Assembly (NCBI GenBank): GCA_001662655.1
Contig: KV460206.1
Length of the DNA stretch: 64,000 nt
From: Pseudogymnoascus verrucosus
Taxonomy: Eukaryota
Direction: 5' to 3' (one strand)
The position numbers were made by a program, and so were the translations under genes. This document shows, in pieces, positions 25,601-40,944 of the stretch (its first letter is position 1; each line of letters begins with the position of its first letter). The notes beneath the pieces are model-generated. The model had not been told where the DNA came from. It saw nothing but the letters and a program-made list of their open reading frames with translations, and searched no databases.

Positions 25601-26311
25601 TGTCTGTGCCAGGGATGGTAATGTTATTTTCGACTGTCTTCTCAACCGGTTCTGCCTCGCCCGTCAACGATTTCTCGTCGCAGTTGAGATTCATTGCTTC
25701 GAAGACTCGTAAGTCAGCTGGAACAGTGTCACCGGTTTTCAAGACTACAATGTCTCCTGGAAGACATTCGGCACTAATTATGATATGTTAGTAACTTTCG
25801 ACAAATGGTTTGACTACGGGATAGAGCTTACCTCGGGATGACGTCTATTTTGCCATCTCGCAGCACGGCAGCACTGGGTGATGACAGTGCCCGCAACGAG
25901 TCCATCTTTTTTTCTGCCTTCAACTCTTGGACAAATCCGATTGTGACGTTGAGAACAATGACGGCTGCAAGAACGCCGCCTTCAATGTAATCCCCAACGC
26001 CAAAACTGAGAGCCATAGCAAAGACAAGTACCTGTTTGGAGCATTAGAAATTGTCATACTTTGGGGTCTTTAGGGTGGGAACATACCAATATCATTGCAT
26101 TGCTAATTTGTTTCATCAATAGGGTAGTCCAGTTAGGACCTTCCCCACCTTCCAATTCATTTGGAGGATATTCATTTTTGAGTTCAGCCACCCTCCTGGC
26201 ACTCAAGCCGGTTTCAATATTTGTTCCCAGCTGACTGGCCACATCCTCGACAGATAGTAAGAAAGGGTGAGGATCAAGAACCTGCTTGTTGGTATTCTTC
26301 TTTGGAGCCAT
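22667..26311 (-). CDS. ENA1: P-type IID Na+/K+-exporting ATPase (3 introns)
   Basis: ICSDKTGTLTQG, LTGEA, KGAVE, MLTGDHP, TGDGVNDAPSL, and the ENA-type VFRARAAVF and LISAWE. Confidence 0.93.
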
Positions 26312-26521
26312 CTAGGCGAGGCATAGGCTTACAATGTTGAAATGATATTCTTGGATTGGGATTTCAACTTTTGCTAGTTATGACGAAAGGAAACAGAAAT
26401 GAGGGGGATAGCCCAGACCTTATAACTATCTCGCAATTGGGAATATCCGACGAGCCCAAGCATACAAAGGTTACCAAGAGACGCATCTGACGCCATTGGG
26501 GACTTACGAGTAAATAATATT

Positions 26522-26964
26522 CTTGGCTCATTCAAGGGTTGATCGAATTAAATGGCCCCATTGGAGCCATTGGAGCATGAAATCCCCAAAGGGTGGTACC
26601 AAGACACGCCTGAGGAGGTATGAGTACGTTGTATTCTTGGTACTCTATAGGAATGACGGCGTAGTGCGGCTCAGAAGGCGTGTTCGCCACACATTTAGGC
26701 TCGGCGGAGTGGGGTTTTCTTGGGGATATCTTGGCGGCGGAGGGGCGGAGTGGACGCTAACCCCGGCGGAAACAGCGCCAAGTGATAAGAAGGGAGGAAA
26801 TATGTCATGTGATGCGGTTTACCCGAGTGTAAAGTGCTCTAAAAGACGAGCTAGATAACATTTCGAGTATGACGACAGGCAAAATACTATGCACGTCACA
26901 TGATCGTGCCATGTGGTTGGTTGATGGCACGAGAACTGGGGACCCACGAGGACTTGGGGCCAAG
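26522..26964. promoter_or_regulatory. Cluster of four PacC/Rim101 consensus sites (GCCAAG) upstream of ENA1
   Basis: CTTGGC at 26522 and 26730; GCCAAG at 26777 and 26959. Confidence 0.55.
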
Positions 26965-27171
26965 ACAAATGGGGTACGTACCCCAAAGAACTATACATAG
27001 AGTAACCTAGATGCGGAGATTCTCCAGTTCTCTGAAAACAGAATATGCCTATTTTATAAGGCCAACTCAGGAAGACTATTGGGTGGAAATGCGTGATGCC
27101 TAGAATATAAGGCAACAAAGCAAGACTAGAAGAAAGTGTAAATAGTTTGTGTCTAGTATTTAAGGCAGCAA

Positions 27172-27199
27172 ACGCGTCTCCCCTGTCAGTCGCGTCTCC
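27172..27199 (+). promoter_or_regulatory. MCB-like elements upstream of MPH1
   Basis: ACGCGT at 27172-27177 and a second TCGCGT at ~27190, both followed by CTCC, ~180-200 bp before the ATG. Confidence 0.45.
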
Positions 27200-27370
27200 A
27201 TTCCCAGAAATGGCAGCCTCTCTCAGCCTCTCAGCCTCGCCATCGTGGAAACTCCTTCCTGAACAGTTCACTCGCTCCCTCGCTCTCCACAGCAACACCA
27301 ATGACAGGTATGAGGTAACATCAGCTCAAGATGAGCAGGAGGAAAAAGAAGACTGCAAACCAATAGCACC

Positions 27371-30367
27371 ATGGCTACGAATTATTCCGGGTTTGACGCC
27401 GACAAAGAGCTTGAGGGTCTTCCATCAGACGCATTCAGCTCATCACCGGAGCCTGATGCGAGACCAGCAACCCCTCAGAGCCCGCCAGAGTCTCAAATAC
27501 TACCTCGGCAACGCGTTGTAGCACCTTTGACAGGCTTGCGCCAAACTACTCTATTCGGTGGACGGGCAGCAGACAACCCACTCCCGGCATCCCAGGTCAA
27601 CAAAGTTCACAGCTATCGGGTTGATTTGCCCCCCGAAGCTCCCACACACCACTCGCTAGACACCGAAGCGCTCAAGACATGGGTATACCCAACAAACCTC
27701 GGAGCTATTCGCGATTACCAGTACTCGATTACGAAAAATGGCCTCTTCAATAATACGCTTGTTGCACTTCCGACTGGTCTGGGAAAGACGTTTATTGCAG
27801 CCACGATCATGCTCAACTATTATCGATGGACGAAAGACTCTCAAATTGTTTTCATGGCTCCAACCAAACCGCTCGTGGCGCAACAGGTGGATGCGTGTTT
27901 CTATATTGCTGGCATTCCAAGATCATCTACGACTATGCTCACCGGCGAGATCAGTCCAGCGCTGAGAGCGGAAGAATGGGCTTCGAAACGAGTGTTTTTC
28001 ATGACGCCTCAGACACTGGAGAATGATTTGAGGACCGGTCTTGCCGATCCAAAGAAGATTGTGCTCCTAGTGGTCGATGAGGCGCATCGAGCAACGGGTA
28101 ACTACTCTTATGTTAAGGTCATCGAGTTTATGCGACGTTTCACGAAGAGTTTTCGCATTCTTGCATTGACAGCCACCCCTGGTTCGTCTGTTGAGGCCGT
28201 TCAAGAAGTAATCAACGGGCTCGAGATTTCAAAAGTGGAAATAAGGACCGAAGAGTCTATTGACATCCAGCAATACGTTCACCAGCGGAACATAGACCAA
28301 GTGATTCTGGACCCATCGGAAGAGATTGTAAAGGTTCAAGATCTTTTATCAAAGACTTTGAAACCCTTGGTGGACCAATTATGCGGTCATAATGCGTATT
28401 ACAACCGGGATCCTCTGTCGCTGACGCCGTTTGGAATGCTGAAGGCTCAAGAGACGTGGCTGAAATCGCCTGCAGGGAAATCGGCAAACTTCGGGTTGAA
28501 AGGCATGATGAGAAGCCTGTTCACAGTTCTCGCCAGCGTATCGCATGGGATAAAGTTACTGAATTTCCATGGTGTTGGGCCCTTCTTCCAAACGATGAAA
28601 GATTTCCGGTCCGAAGCAGAGGAACGCGGTGCTAAACTCGGAAAATATAAGAAACAAATTATGGACAGTCCGCACTTTAAGAAGATGATGGATCTGGTAA
28701 ATATGTGGATCAACAAGGATGACTTCGTTGGCCATCCGAAGCTTACTTATTTATGCGATACGGTGTTGAATCACTTCCTCGATGCTGGTGACGGGAGGAA
28801 GGAAGATGGAGCACCACCATCCAAAACAAGAATCATCGTCTTTTGTGAATACCGCGGAAGTGCCGAAGAAGTGGCCCGGGTGCTGAATAGGCATGCGCCA
28901 ATGGTAAGGGCGTCTGTCTTCGTCGGTCAAGCCGGCACGAAGCACTCTGATGGCATGAATCAAGCCACGCAGATTGAGACGATCAGAAAATTCAAAGAGG
29001 GAATTTTCAATGTCATTGTTGCCACATCTATAGGCGAAGAAGGCCTGGATATTGGACAGGTTGATCTCATCGTTTGCTATGATGCATCTTCCTCCCCGAT
29101 TCGCATGCTGCAGCGGATGGGAAGGACGGGCAGAAAGCGAGCGGGTAGTATCGTACTGCTCCTGATGCGTGGGAAAGAGGAGGATTCATTTATCAAGGCG
29201 AAAGATAACTACGAGGCTATGCAGCGGATGATCAGTGATGGATCCCGATTTAACTTCCGTTTTGACCTATCAACACGAATAGTGCCTCGAGATATCGTGC
29301 CAGCTGTTGATAAGAGGGACATTGAAATACCAGTGGAGAACACCCAAGACCCGTCGTTGCCAGAGCCGAAGCGCCGGGCGAAACGAGCACCAAAAAGGCC
29401 GCCAAAGAAATTCAACATGCCTGATGATGTTGAGACCGGATTTCAGTCTGTAGCGTCAATGATGTCTGGGAAGAAAACCCCCCGAAAGGGCTCTGCGTTA
29501 TCACAAGCCGCAGAAGAACCGGTATCGGAATTATCAGAGGACCAGCGGATGGAGAAGCCACTTCTCGAGTCGGTGTTTTTATCTCACTCCGACAAAGCTT
29601 TGTTACTGGAGACATATCAAACCATCGCCGGCGGATTCGAAACACTGGATGTCAGCGTCCCGGAATTAAATAAACATACTGAGCTACAACGATCTCTACG
29701 GCCAACGAAGCGTGTCAAACACGGAGCAGCTTCAAAGAGGCTCGTGAAGATGCTGCAGTCAATGCAAGATATTAATGATGAGACATTGGATGGTTGGGAG
29801 CGCATGCAAGATGACCCCCTCCCTCTAAGGTCCAGCCAGACCTCGATAGACCTCTCGACAAGCCAATCCTCCGCAGCACCACGAGACCTATTCTCACTCT
29901 CTGCCGAAGAATCAGAGACGCTGACCCCACCCCGCCGGAACCGCGCAGCACCCCGGGCCAAATATCGGTTGAACCCCAGATCTCCACCTATAGACTCAAT
30001 CAACACCATGTCCAGCAGCTCGGCAGCCCCCCGGTACGACGACGATGAAGAAGACAGCGATCTTGACGACTTCATCGTCCGCGACGACGAGACGCCCAAG
30101 GCGCATTCCGCGCGAGCACACCAGACTATCTCCTCATCAGTCAGTCCCCCAGCGAAAGCGAGGCCGTTCTTCGAACCGACGCAGTTCACCGCTACGCAGG
30201 AGTCGATGGATGGTGATGAGGAGTTGCCGGATATCAGTACACTGGTTGGGAAGTATGGGAGGTCGACGGGGAAGGCTGTTGAGGTCAGGGACGAGAGTGG
30301 TGGGGGAGGGAGGAGGAAGAGGAGGAGGGTAGTGGTCGAGGATAGTGATGATGATAGCGATGAGTGA
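27371..30367 (+). CDS. MPH1: FANCM-family DEAH DNA helicase
   Basis: [44 protein letters not shown] and [10 protein letters not shown] in an intronless 998-aa ORF. Confidence 0.96.
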   Translation: MATNYSGFDADKELEGLPSDAFSSSPEPDARPATPQSPPESQILPRQRVVAPLTGLRQTTLFGGRAADNPLPASQVNKVHSYRVDLPPEAPTHHSLDTEALKTWVYPTNLGAIRDYQYSITKNGLFNNTLVALPTGLGKTFIAATIMLNYYRWTKDSQIVFMAPTKPLVAQQVDACFYIAGIPRSSTTMLTGEISPALRAEEWASKRVFFMTPQTLENDLRTGLADPKKIVLLVVDEAHRATGNYSYVKVIEFMRRFTKSFRILALTATPGSSVEAVQEVINGLEISKVEIRTEESIDIQQYVHQRNIDQVILDPSEEIVKVQDLLSKTLKPLVDQLCGHNAYYNRDPLSLTPFGMLKAQETWLKSPAGKSANFGLKGMMRSLFTVLASVSHGIKLLNFHGVGPFFQTMKDFRSEAEERGAKLGKYKKQIMDSPHFKKMMDLVNMWINKDDFVGHPKLTYLCDTVLNHFLDAGDGRKEDGAPPSKTRIIVFCEYRGSAEEVARVLNRHAPMVRASVFVGQAGTKHSDGMNQATQIETIRKFKEGIFNVIVATSIGEEGLDIGQVDLIVCYDASSSPIRMLQRMGRTGRKRAGSIVLLLMRGKEEDSFIKAKDNYEAMQRMISDGSRFNFRFDLSTRIVPRDIVPAVDKRDIEIPVENTQDPSLPEPKRRAKRAPKRPPKKFNMPDDVETGFQSVASMMSGKKTPRKGSALSQAAEEPVSELSEDQRMEKPLLESVFLSHSDKALLLETYQTIAGGFETLDVSVPELNKHTELQRSLRPTKRVKHGAASKRLVKMLQSMQDINDETLDGWERMQDDPLPLRSSQTSIDLSTSQSSAAPRDLFSLSAEESETLTPPRRNRAAPRAKYRLNPRSPPIDSINTMSSSSAAPRYDDDEEDSDLDDFIVRDDETPKAHSARAHQTISSSVSPPAKARPFFEPTQFTATQESMDGDEELPDISTLVGKYGRSTGKAVEVRDESGGGGRRKRRRVVVEDSDDDSDE

Positions 30368-30800
30368 TGAGGTTGGTATCTGATTAAAAATAGCATGGCG
30401 TTCTGGGGTTGTGTATGGGGGGACTATTGGTACATTTTTGGTGGCAATTGTTTTGGGGAGTTGGAAGGTGTATTTACATACTTGTAGAATGAGATATCAA
30501 GTCGTAATGCTCTATTATTTGCCTAATGAAATAGCTATGTGTCGCTGGTGACTCTATATAGTAGAGTTTGAAATATGTTTATACACCTGACCCCAAATAT
30601 CCCCAGCCTAGAAACCTCGTAAACACCGTGTATATCAGCGTAGATCTCGTCGCTCATTCCGCTCGCAACGCTAAACAGCATCCCCCTCGAGAGACACCAA
30701 GGCGAACCGCCTAAACATCACAGCACCCCCTCATTACCGGCTACTTATTGCCGCACCCATAAACTCCCCATCCCCTCATTACCGCCCTGGCTTCCCTCCC

Positions 30801-31456
30801 TCACCCCCTCCTCCCCTTCCTATCCGAATCCACAATCAACCACACAAACAAACACCCCAAAAACACCAACACAATCACAAACCCCATCACCTTCTTCTGC
30901 CTCCTCTCCTGCGCCTCCGCACTCAACATCGGCACCACACTAACACAGCAATTACTCCTCGAGCTCAGCACCGGATCATCCGCCGGCAAACTAGCACAGC
31001 AATTCGCCCTCGGACTCCTATGCTCCGCCTCGCGCTGCCACTCCTCCCTCTCCAGCAGCAGCCGGCCCAGCGACTCCTCGAGATTCGCGAGACGCCGGTG
31101 CAGGCTTAGGATTGTGGCGGCGGGGTTTGGGGGGGCGTCAACGACGGTCCCGGACCAGGTCTCGGGGAGGTCGACGCCGGCGAGGGAGGGGGCCATGGTG
31201 GAGGGGTAGGGGGGGGTGGGGTCGGTGCAGGCTCCGTTTAGGGATCGGAGGGTGGAGGGCGTGAGGGGGGTGGTGGTGGAGCGGAAGGAGGGGGGTGGGG
31301 AGTTGGGGACTCCGGAGTTGTAGTTGTAGTCTTGGGCGACGGTTTGGAGGGAGACGGCATCGTCGTCTTGGCCGATCTGGAGGGAGGGTTAGTTAGGCTG
31401 GAGGGGAGATTTGGTGAGGAGGGACGAACGCGCTCGTAGCGGCTGTTGTGAGCCAT
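30801..31456 (-). CDS. Hypothetical C-terminally membrane-anchored protein (~200 aa); intron 31377-31429
   Basis: MAHNSRYER|IGQDDD...SPPPSFRS...TPPYPSTMAP reads in frame into ORF 30801-31196. A predicted coiled-coil is followed by the hydrophobic segment VMGFVIVLVFLGCLFVWLIV. Confidence 0.7.
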
Positions 31457-32516
31457 GGTTAGGTAGTTCGTGAGGTTCCCTATTTTGGCGGTGGAGACTA
31501 GGTCGGCGGGGTTTGGGGTTGCGGTTTGGGCTTTTCAGTGTGCAACGAGGCTGGAAAGGGCACGTAGTTTTGTCGATGCGACGGTGATGTTTCTCGAGAG
31601 ATGTCACACGGCGGCGGACAGCAGCGAGGAGATATAAAGCTCTTTTTGCAAAGCTTAAAGGGCTCGTTGGTGCTCAGCCGGAATTGTGGGGGTGTCATCC
31701 CCACCCATGCTCGTTTTGACAGCGCCGCGTCAGCAATCAGGCCGACCATCATGCTTCGGATCGCGGAGTCGCCGGGGCGGAGCGAATCAGCGGTCGATCC
31801 TTCTGGTTTTCTCTGTTGGCGGCTTTTTTATGTCGCGATATACTTCCCGAATTGAGATGGATTGGCGGTTGTTCCCCATAGTGGATGCTATGACAGTGTG
31901 CTCAGTCGTACTTTTTGTGCTCTCAGCCCTGTTTTTACAGTGTGGTTTGCACTGGTCTATACTCACCGTCAAAATCGGAGTCGTCGCAACTTATAGCGTC
32001 ATCAGCGCTGGGCCGAAACTTGGCTGGTGGTGATCTGGTGCTCGCTGTACTCTGTCTACTCTCTGTGCTCTATACGGCGACTTGTACTCTTGCTGTTTTA
32101 AAGTCTGAAGAGCTAAGTAGGTACCCCTTCGAACTTTTGGGCGACACCAGCAGCGTTTTGTTACAGATGGAAAATTTCTAGCCTGGGCAGCTGAAGGGGA
32201 GCCACGACGGCTTGGAATACACACTAAACTTTGGTATATATTCATATTCTGTACTATACCGTACTATATACTTAGAACGAGTGTTCAGAGTATTAACATC
32301 TATAATGACGTTATGCACACGTCCAAGAGGGCTTACGTTTCAACCGTGCGGCAAGATGAGAAAGATGAGAATCAGTGCTGAGTATGACATCCGCTGATAG
32401 ACTTAGCTCATCGGCCCAATCTAATTGTGCTGCATTGGGCACCTTCCACCTAAGAAAACAAGCTTAAACAGACGTTTTATTCTCTATATATCCTATTCAT
32501 CACATCAACCCCTGCT

Positions 32517-33231
<715 letters not shown>

Positions 33232-33673
33232 GGTGATTTCAGGTGATTTCAACGAGTGATAGATGGTTTTGAGGGTTGATAGATGGTTGTAGGAGTGAGT
33301 AGATAGCTGGGGTGAGCTCGGGGAGGACGTCGTCGTACCTGGCGGGTGTGAGATCATTACATACCTGTAATGATCTCACAAGACCACGCTAGGAGCGGGG
33401 CAGGTTGGGTCACGTGTGGTGGGGTAGAATTATTTGCTGGATGGTTGACGTCGATTGGGGATGAAGTGCTACGCTCTATCCGTTTGTCTCACATAGCCAG
33501 CTCATCTGTTTTGGTCATAGTTGATCCGTATAGATACCTTTTAACGGAAAGGATATTCCGTGAAACTCGGTCGCGCCTGGTGCTGCAGCAATCCAGTCTA
33601 AAATTTCGACCCCGCCAAATACCTCCTACACCGGCCTCAGCTCTCAAAACACGCCTTAAACCTCCTCAACGCC

Positions 33674-34422
33674 ATGTCTTCCTCCTCCCACCCCCCAACC
33701 AAGCTCACAGTCCTCATCTCCGGCTCCGGCACCAACCTCCAAGCCCTCATCGACGCCACAACCAGCTCCCCACCGACCCTCCCAAACACAATCATCACCC
33801 ACGTTATCTCCAACAAAAAGAACGCCTACGGCCTCGACCGCGCCCGCTCCGCCGGCATAAAGACATCCTACCACAACCTCGTCGCCGGCCACTACCTCAA
33901 GAGCGGCGAAAAGGATCCCGAAGCCATCAAGGCCGGCCGCGAGAAGTATGACGCCGATCTCGCAGCGCTGATCCTGAGCGACGGGCCGGACCTGATCGTT
34001 TGCGTGAGTCTCCCCATTTTCCGCCCTGTGATGAGGATAGAAGCTAATAGATGCAGGCGGGCTGGATGCACATTCTATCTCCCCCCTTCCTCGCGCCCCT
34101 GGAAAAGGAACACGTCCCGGTGATAAACCTTCACCCCGCGCTCCCGGGCGCTTACGACGGCGCCAACGCGATTAAACGCGCCTACGATGATTTCGTGGCT
34201 GGCAAGTCGAAGGGGCCGACGGGGGTGATGGTGCATTATGTTGTTGCGGAGGTGGATCGCGGACAGCCGATATTGGTGCGGGAGATTGAGTTCCAGGAGG
34301 GCGAGACGCTCGAGGGGCTGGAGGAACGGATTCATAAGGTGGAGCATGGGATTATTGTGGAGGGGACGAGGAAGGCTAGTGAAGAGTTGTGGGAGAGGAG
34401 GGAGAAGAAGGGAGGGAAATAG
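33674..34422 (+). CDS. ADE8: Phosphoribosylglycinamide formyltransferase (1 intron)
   Basis: VLISGSGTNLQA, C|AGWMHILS, INLHPALPG, GVMVHYVVAEVDRG. Confidence 0.95.
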
Positions 34423-34641
34423 AGATTATGTATGTCTTTTGAGATTCCATGGTGTCTTCAGTGACCTTCCCTTCCTTCCTCCATCGCAATCCGCGGCGTA
34501 CACTCCTATTACGGCTCTTCCCTTTCATGGTATTCCCCCTCCAACATTTCCTGGAGCCAGCGACTCTGCATCATCCAACGACCCCCTAGTATCAGATTGC
34601 TCCTCCGTTACAGTCCATCCTATGGCTCCGGGCTCACCTCA

Positions 34642-35562
34642 TCAATCCGCACCATCATTTTCCGGTGACTCCTCCACATTCGTCTCCGTCTCCGCCCTCC
34701 TCACTCGCTGTTCAGCCTCCCACTTCAAGTACAAATCCACATCCTTCGCCACCACCCCGGGGACAGACATATCCTGCGCCCACCCGGGCAACACACCCCC
34801 CGCCCTCGACGCCGTCGCCATAACCCACTCCACGTTCGCCCCAACCCTCTGAAACCGTTCTACCGCCGCATACCTCGCCGGCACCGCTTGCGCCCACACC
34901 TTCCACTTCACATCCACCGGCACGGTCACCACCACAAACTCCCCGCCCTCCACACCCACATCAACCCTCTCTGCGATCCCCTGCAGCACCGGGAAGGAGC
35001 GCGGGTTCAGGGGCTTGGGGAGGCTATGTGCGATCTCTAGCAGCTCCAGGCTAACTCCCTTCCACTGCTCACGCGGGATCTCGAGGCTCATATCTTTCAC
35101 TCCCTCCTCCCACCATGCGACTCTCTCGAAGCCCATCACTGAAGGCGTGAATTCCTGTTCATGGAGCGTATGTTCCGTCTTGAACGCGGCCTCGAACTCA
35201 GTCCATGACGCTGTTCCGCGCTGCGCGGCGTCGCGGTGTGAGCTGCGCCTACAGACCCAGTGTGCGCCGTTGTGTGGGCTGGAGGAGAGGTGAACGGGGG
35301 CGGTGGAGTTGGGGTAATGCCGGGGCTTTCGCTGTTGGGTCCAGGAGGGGCGGGAGCCGTCGCGGGGGGCGGCGGAGGAGAGGAGGGAGAGGGCTTCGGC
35401 GAGGAGGGATGTGAGGAGGGAGGTGGCTGAGGGCGCGGAGGGAGTGGGAGTGGGGAGGTCGGGGTAGTCTGAGGAGCTGTTGGTTTGAGGGGAGGGAGGG
35501 AGATGGGCAAGGGGGTAGGGGGTGAGGGAGAGGAGCGGGCCGGAGGGGGTTGTGGTGTTCAT
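34642..35562 (-). CDS. DUF3074-like (START-fold) fungal protein
   Basis: WVCRRSSH...ASWTEF...H...E.EFTP, PLNPRSFPVL, YAAVE, and EWVMATASRAGGVLPGWAQ...KDV. Confidence 0.75.
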   Translation of the reverse strand: MNTTTPSGPLLSLTPYPLAHLPPSPQTNSSSDYPDLPTPTPSAPSATSLLTSLLAEALSLLSSAAPRDGSRPSWTQQRKPRHYPNSTAPVHLSSSPHNGAHWVCRRSSHRDAAQRGTASWTEFEAAFKTEHTLHEQEFTPSVMGFERVAWWEEGVKDMSLEIPREQWKGVSLELLEIAHSLPKPLNPRSFPVLQGIAERVDVGVEGGEFVVVTVPVDVKWKVWAQAVPARYAAVERFQRVGANVEWVMATASRAGGVLPGWAQDMSVPGVVAKDVDLYLKWEAEQRVRRAETETNVEESPENDGAD

Positions 35563-35750
35563 TGGGAAGGAGGCAGACGAGGATGACTTTGGCTTGGAGC
35601 CTATTGGGTTGGTGGCCAAGGTAAGTGCGGAGATGGCTTGCGTGGCCTGTCTTCGATACGCAGCTCAGTGGATATTTGTGCGACTATCAAACATTATCTG
35701 TGTACTTTTTATAACCCAAACAGTGCTGTTGAGGCAACTTCATCATTAAA

Positions 35751-35805
35751 CACGTGATCATGCATGTGGTCTGCTCGTGCTCGTGCTCGTGCTCGTTTTC
35801 GTATA
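35751..35805 (+). promoter_or_regulatory. Putative sterol-regulatory module in the CYP51 promoter with a (TGCTCG)4 tandem repeat
   Basis: CACGTGAT at 35751, (TGCTCG)x4 at 35772-35795, TCGTATA at 35799-35805. Confidence 0.5.
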
Positions 35806-36133
35806 GGTTTGTGCCTTGGAATTCTGGGGTCAATCTCAAATTCCTATAAGCGCACTCTCATTGGCTATAATGTATACGCTAAGCTAATATAATTGATTTT
35901 GCCGGGCGGTGGCAACTGCGGGAAAGGAGCCATGACACTAAGCAACTTTAATGAAATACTGCCAACGATTCGAGGGGCCAATCATAGCCGCCTTTCCTAA
36001 TTCGATTATCTCCCCAGAAAACTATACAAATTGCCTCCTGTCCCTCCCTCCTGTCCTAACCAAATACCACTTTGGTTCCTACGAATTCACCCCGACTACC
36101 TGGACCGTTCCCCCGCCGAACACATACGGCACA

Positions 36134-37821
<1,688 letters not shown>

Positions 37822-40800
37822 GGGCCGGCCTGTGATACGGTCGCTGCGGGGATGGATGGTTGGGAGTATGGATTGGCTGGCTCCGAGGATGGTATGCCGG
37901 AGTGTAAATAATTGTGTTGGGCGGCGTTTGGAACAACAGGAAACAGATATATAGATTACCTAATATCACATAATAGTTTGAGCAGCCGGTTCTAGATACG
38001 AATGAATGAAATGGGAATGCCGTTTCTCCCACTCTCTTGCTCAGTCACCGTGAACCCTCGTCTCCTCAGGCAACCGCGTATTGAACGACGTTCGGACCGC
38101 GCCTCACCTCACTCCCCTCCTCTCCCCCCAAGCGGTGAAGCCGTCCGCCAGCCCTGCCATCACCACACCCTCCCTCCTCCTCACATTCCTGCAAACGAGC
38201 ACAAATGCCGCGGCCGCAAATGAGGTGACAAGGCACCACTTTTAACTCCCCCTCCCCACAAGACGTGCATCTATGTTACCCGCCCCCACGGACGCCGGCG
38301 GTAAAGCAGCGTCCGCGGCTGGCCGTTCGCTTCGTGGTGCTGTACGCGATCCGTGCTCTGTATGCATGTGTGACCAATTCATTTGGGGGCGGTTACTTTA
38401 ATGCGACCGCGTTGATGGGGGAGGGCTGCGGCTGAGGCGGGGAGGTGGAGGGGAGGGTTTCGTGAGAGGGGTGGTGCTGGGGAATGGGGAGAGGCGAGTG
38501 GGTGGGAAAAGGGGGTGTTGGGTGGACAACCTTGGAGGATGGGGGAGAGGGCGTTGGGGAGGCCGGGTGCTATGATTGCCCTGCTATTGTGGATTTGGAT
38601 CTGGGTCTTTTGTGTTGTAAGTTGCGGTTGCACCTGCCATTAGTACTCAGCCGGTGGTCAAGACTGCAACGGCCCTTCTCCTTCCAACAGATATCGATAT
38701 TGTTCAATCCTAGAGTCACGTCGTATCGGCAATTACTCTGTTACCAACACCCCAATCCTCGATTCCAAATATCCCCACAATCGTACTTCCGTGCTCGCGC
38801 GACCTTTTCCTCCCTCCTTCCTTCCTTCCTTCTTTGCTCCTCGCTCACAGGGCCAAATATTGGGGGCCTAAACCAACAACCAGCATCGCCACAAGGCTCC
38901 GTCTCCCGCGTCACTCACTACCCTGCACTCGGCCAAGCATTGGCTGGCGACCGTTTCCCGCATCGTGGAAGGAAGAGGAAGCACGTTTCCCTCGGCTGTG
39001 GGATTTAAGGTCTTTGTGGTTTTGGGCGATGCGCGCTCGCGATTGGACGATCGAGAGCGGGAGCCATCGTCTGTCTAAATCCCATGGTGCGGGATAGGGG
39101 ATGTCTAATTCTGCTCGTGGCCTTGGGCGGGCTGTTCAGAATCTAGAAGGGGATTGATCTACATTGTGGAAAGGGATCTCTCATGGAAGAATCATATGTG
39201 ATATTTAGATTGGTGAGGAAACACAGAGTCGGTGAATCTCCGCGGCAATGGACTTTGGACACCGCATCGGAGATGAGTCTGAGAGGAGCCACGACAGCTG
39301 CTTCTCTTTGCTCGTGCCTATGCGGCCGTCGTTCTTGCTGAAGCCTAGCGTGGAGATCACTTGATTGAGAGTACATGCAGGATATTTCCTAGTTTTCGAG
39401 AAGTATTCGAGAAGTGGAGATGGCCATGTTGGATGAGACCGTTGGCAGTAACACTCACTGATCTATTGTGCATAGCCCCCGGCACTTAAGCCTGAGTTGG
39501 ACATCACAGTCCAGTACTGTACAATTCAGTGGTGTAATTTATCTGCCTGGCCGCTATTCTCTCGGAATTCTCTTATGAGGTACAGTAGCATTGAGGAGAT
39601 ATCTGAGAATTACACGCGCTTGTAGTAGGGTTGTGGTGGTGGAGTGGGCATCGCCTCATTAAATCAACCTGCGCCACACTGTAGGTAGCAGGATCACCAC
39701 ACCACTACCCGCTTAACTATGCTGCCTGCGGCAATCACAGACATATAATGGGGTGACATGGCCTCTGAAATGGCCGCGGGACTTAGACCTACGGCTCGAC
39801 CTGCTCGGAGACCTCACCGGCGGCCACTCGGAGACCATATCGGCGGCCATGCGGGCCACCGAGGCCAAGTTCAAGACCAGGCAGAGAGGGAGGCAGAGGA
39901 AAACAGCACCAAATGTGGCAGCCTAACCAACAGCAATTCTGCGATTCTGATACTGCAACAATGGGATGATCCAAACTCGGCCGATGACGGTACAGCTTTC
40001 TCCACGGAGCTCTCATCTAGAGTCTATCGTCGGTCCTCAACCCTTGTAAGTCGTCCATTTCGGGCAGGAATGTCTCCGCCCCCAACATCAATCCCTCTGG
40101 CTCTACATGTCGAAGTTACGATCTCCCTGCACCGCAAGACTAACAGTATCAAAGTCTCGTCTTGTTTCACGGCATGATACAAGTCCTATTCTCTCTGCCT
40201 CAGCCAGGATCCGCGGGCAGTGTCGCGGTGGCCTGATGAGAAATGGGAAAAGCAAGTTCTACTATCATCGTCGACGGCGGGGACTATGACGCTTACGGTT
40301 ATTCCGGGCACGCGCGGATGCAGAAGAAAAATGAGGCCTCTGTGAGGGGGCGTCGTTTGATATCCCACCATAGGGGACGGCGGGGACGACGGGGCTGTCA
40401 TCCTAGTTGCTCGCTTCAGGCGTCTGCGGCTTTTAACTCGCTACCGCCGGGCGGTTCAATGATGCTGTGTGGATATTGTGGCTTAACCGGCATGACAAGC
40501 TCGAGAAAGATAGCAACGCCCGCATTACCTCGCAAGTCACCATACCTTGTGCTCTGAGGTCACAGAAGGCAGGTTCCGTGATAAAAAAAACCCCAACGCG
40601 ATGTACTCATGCACTGGGCCTCGCCATGGCCGGCCTGGTATCATTTCTCATACTTTCCATCTGATGGAGATCCGCCGCCCTGGATGCTGTGCAAGCGCCG
40701 TTGGAAAGGTTAGAGAGGAGGCCTTGGGCCTGACCCTCCTCGATATCACATTATTCACCGCATTGCCGATTTTAGGCCGGAAAGCCTTGCTACTGCTGCT

Positions 40801-40944
40801 GCTACTGACGGTTCAGGCCGAAGGCAAACACCAACCAACACGCCGGGATGCTGTCCGGCGAGGACTATAAGACTCAATGGAAGCCATCATGAGTTTCTCC
40901 CTCTCACACCTCATCCAGCATCCCATCCTCAACCTCAGGCGCAT

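Noticed and set aside
29617..30396. 259-aa antisense ORF, and similar antisense ORFs over ATP3, CYP51, TOP1 and hxB
   Set aside because: Shadow frames of well-supported genes in GC-rich coding sequence.
38000..40900. Short ORFs between CYP51 and the SWIM gene
   Set aside because: No motifs or convincing exon chain; treated as intergenic.
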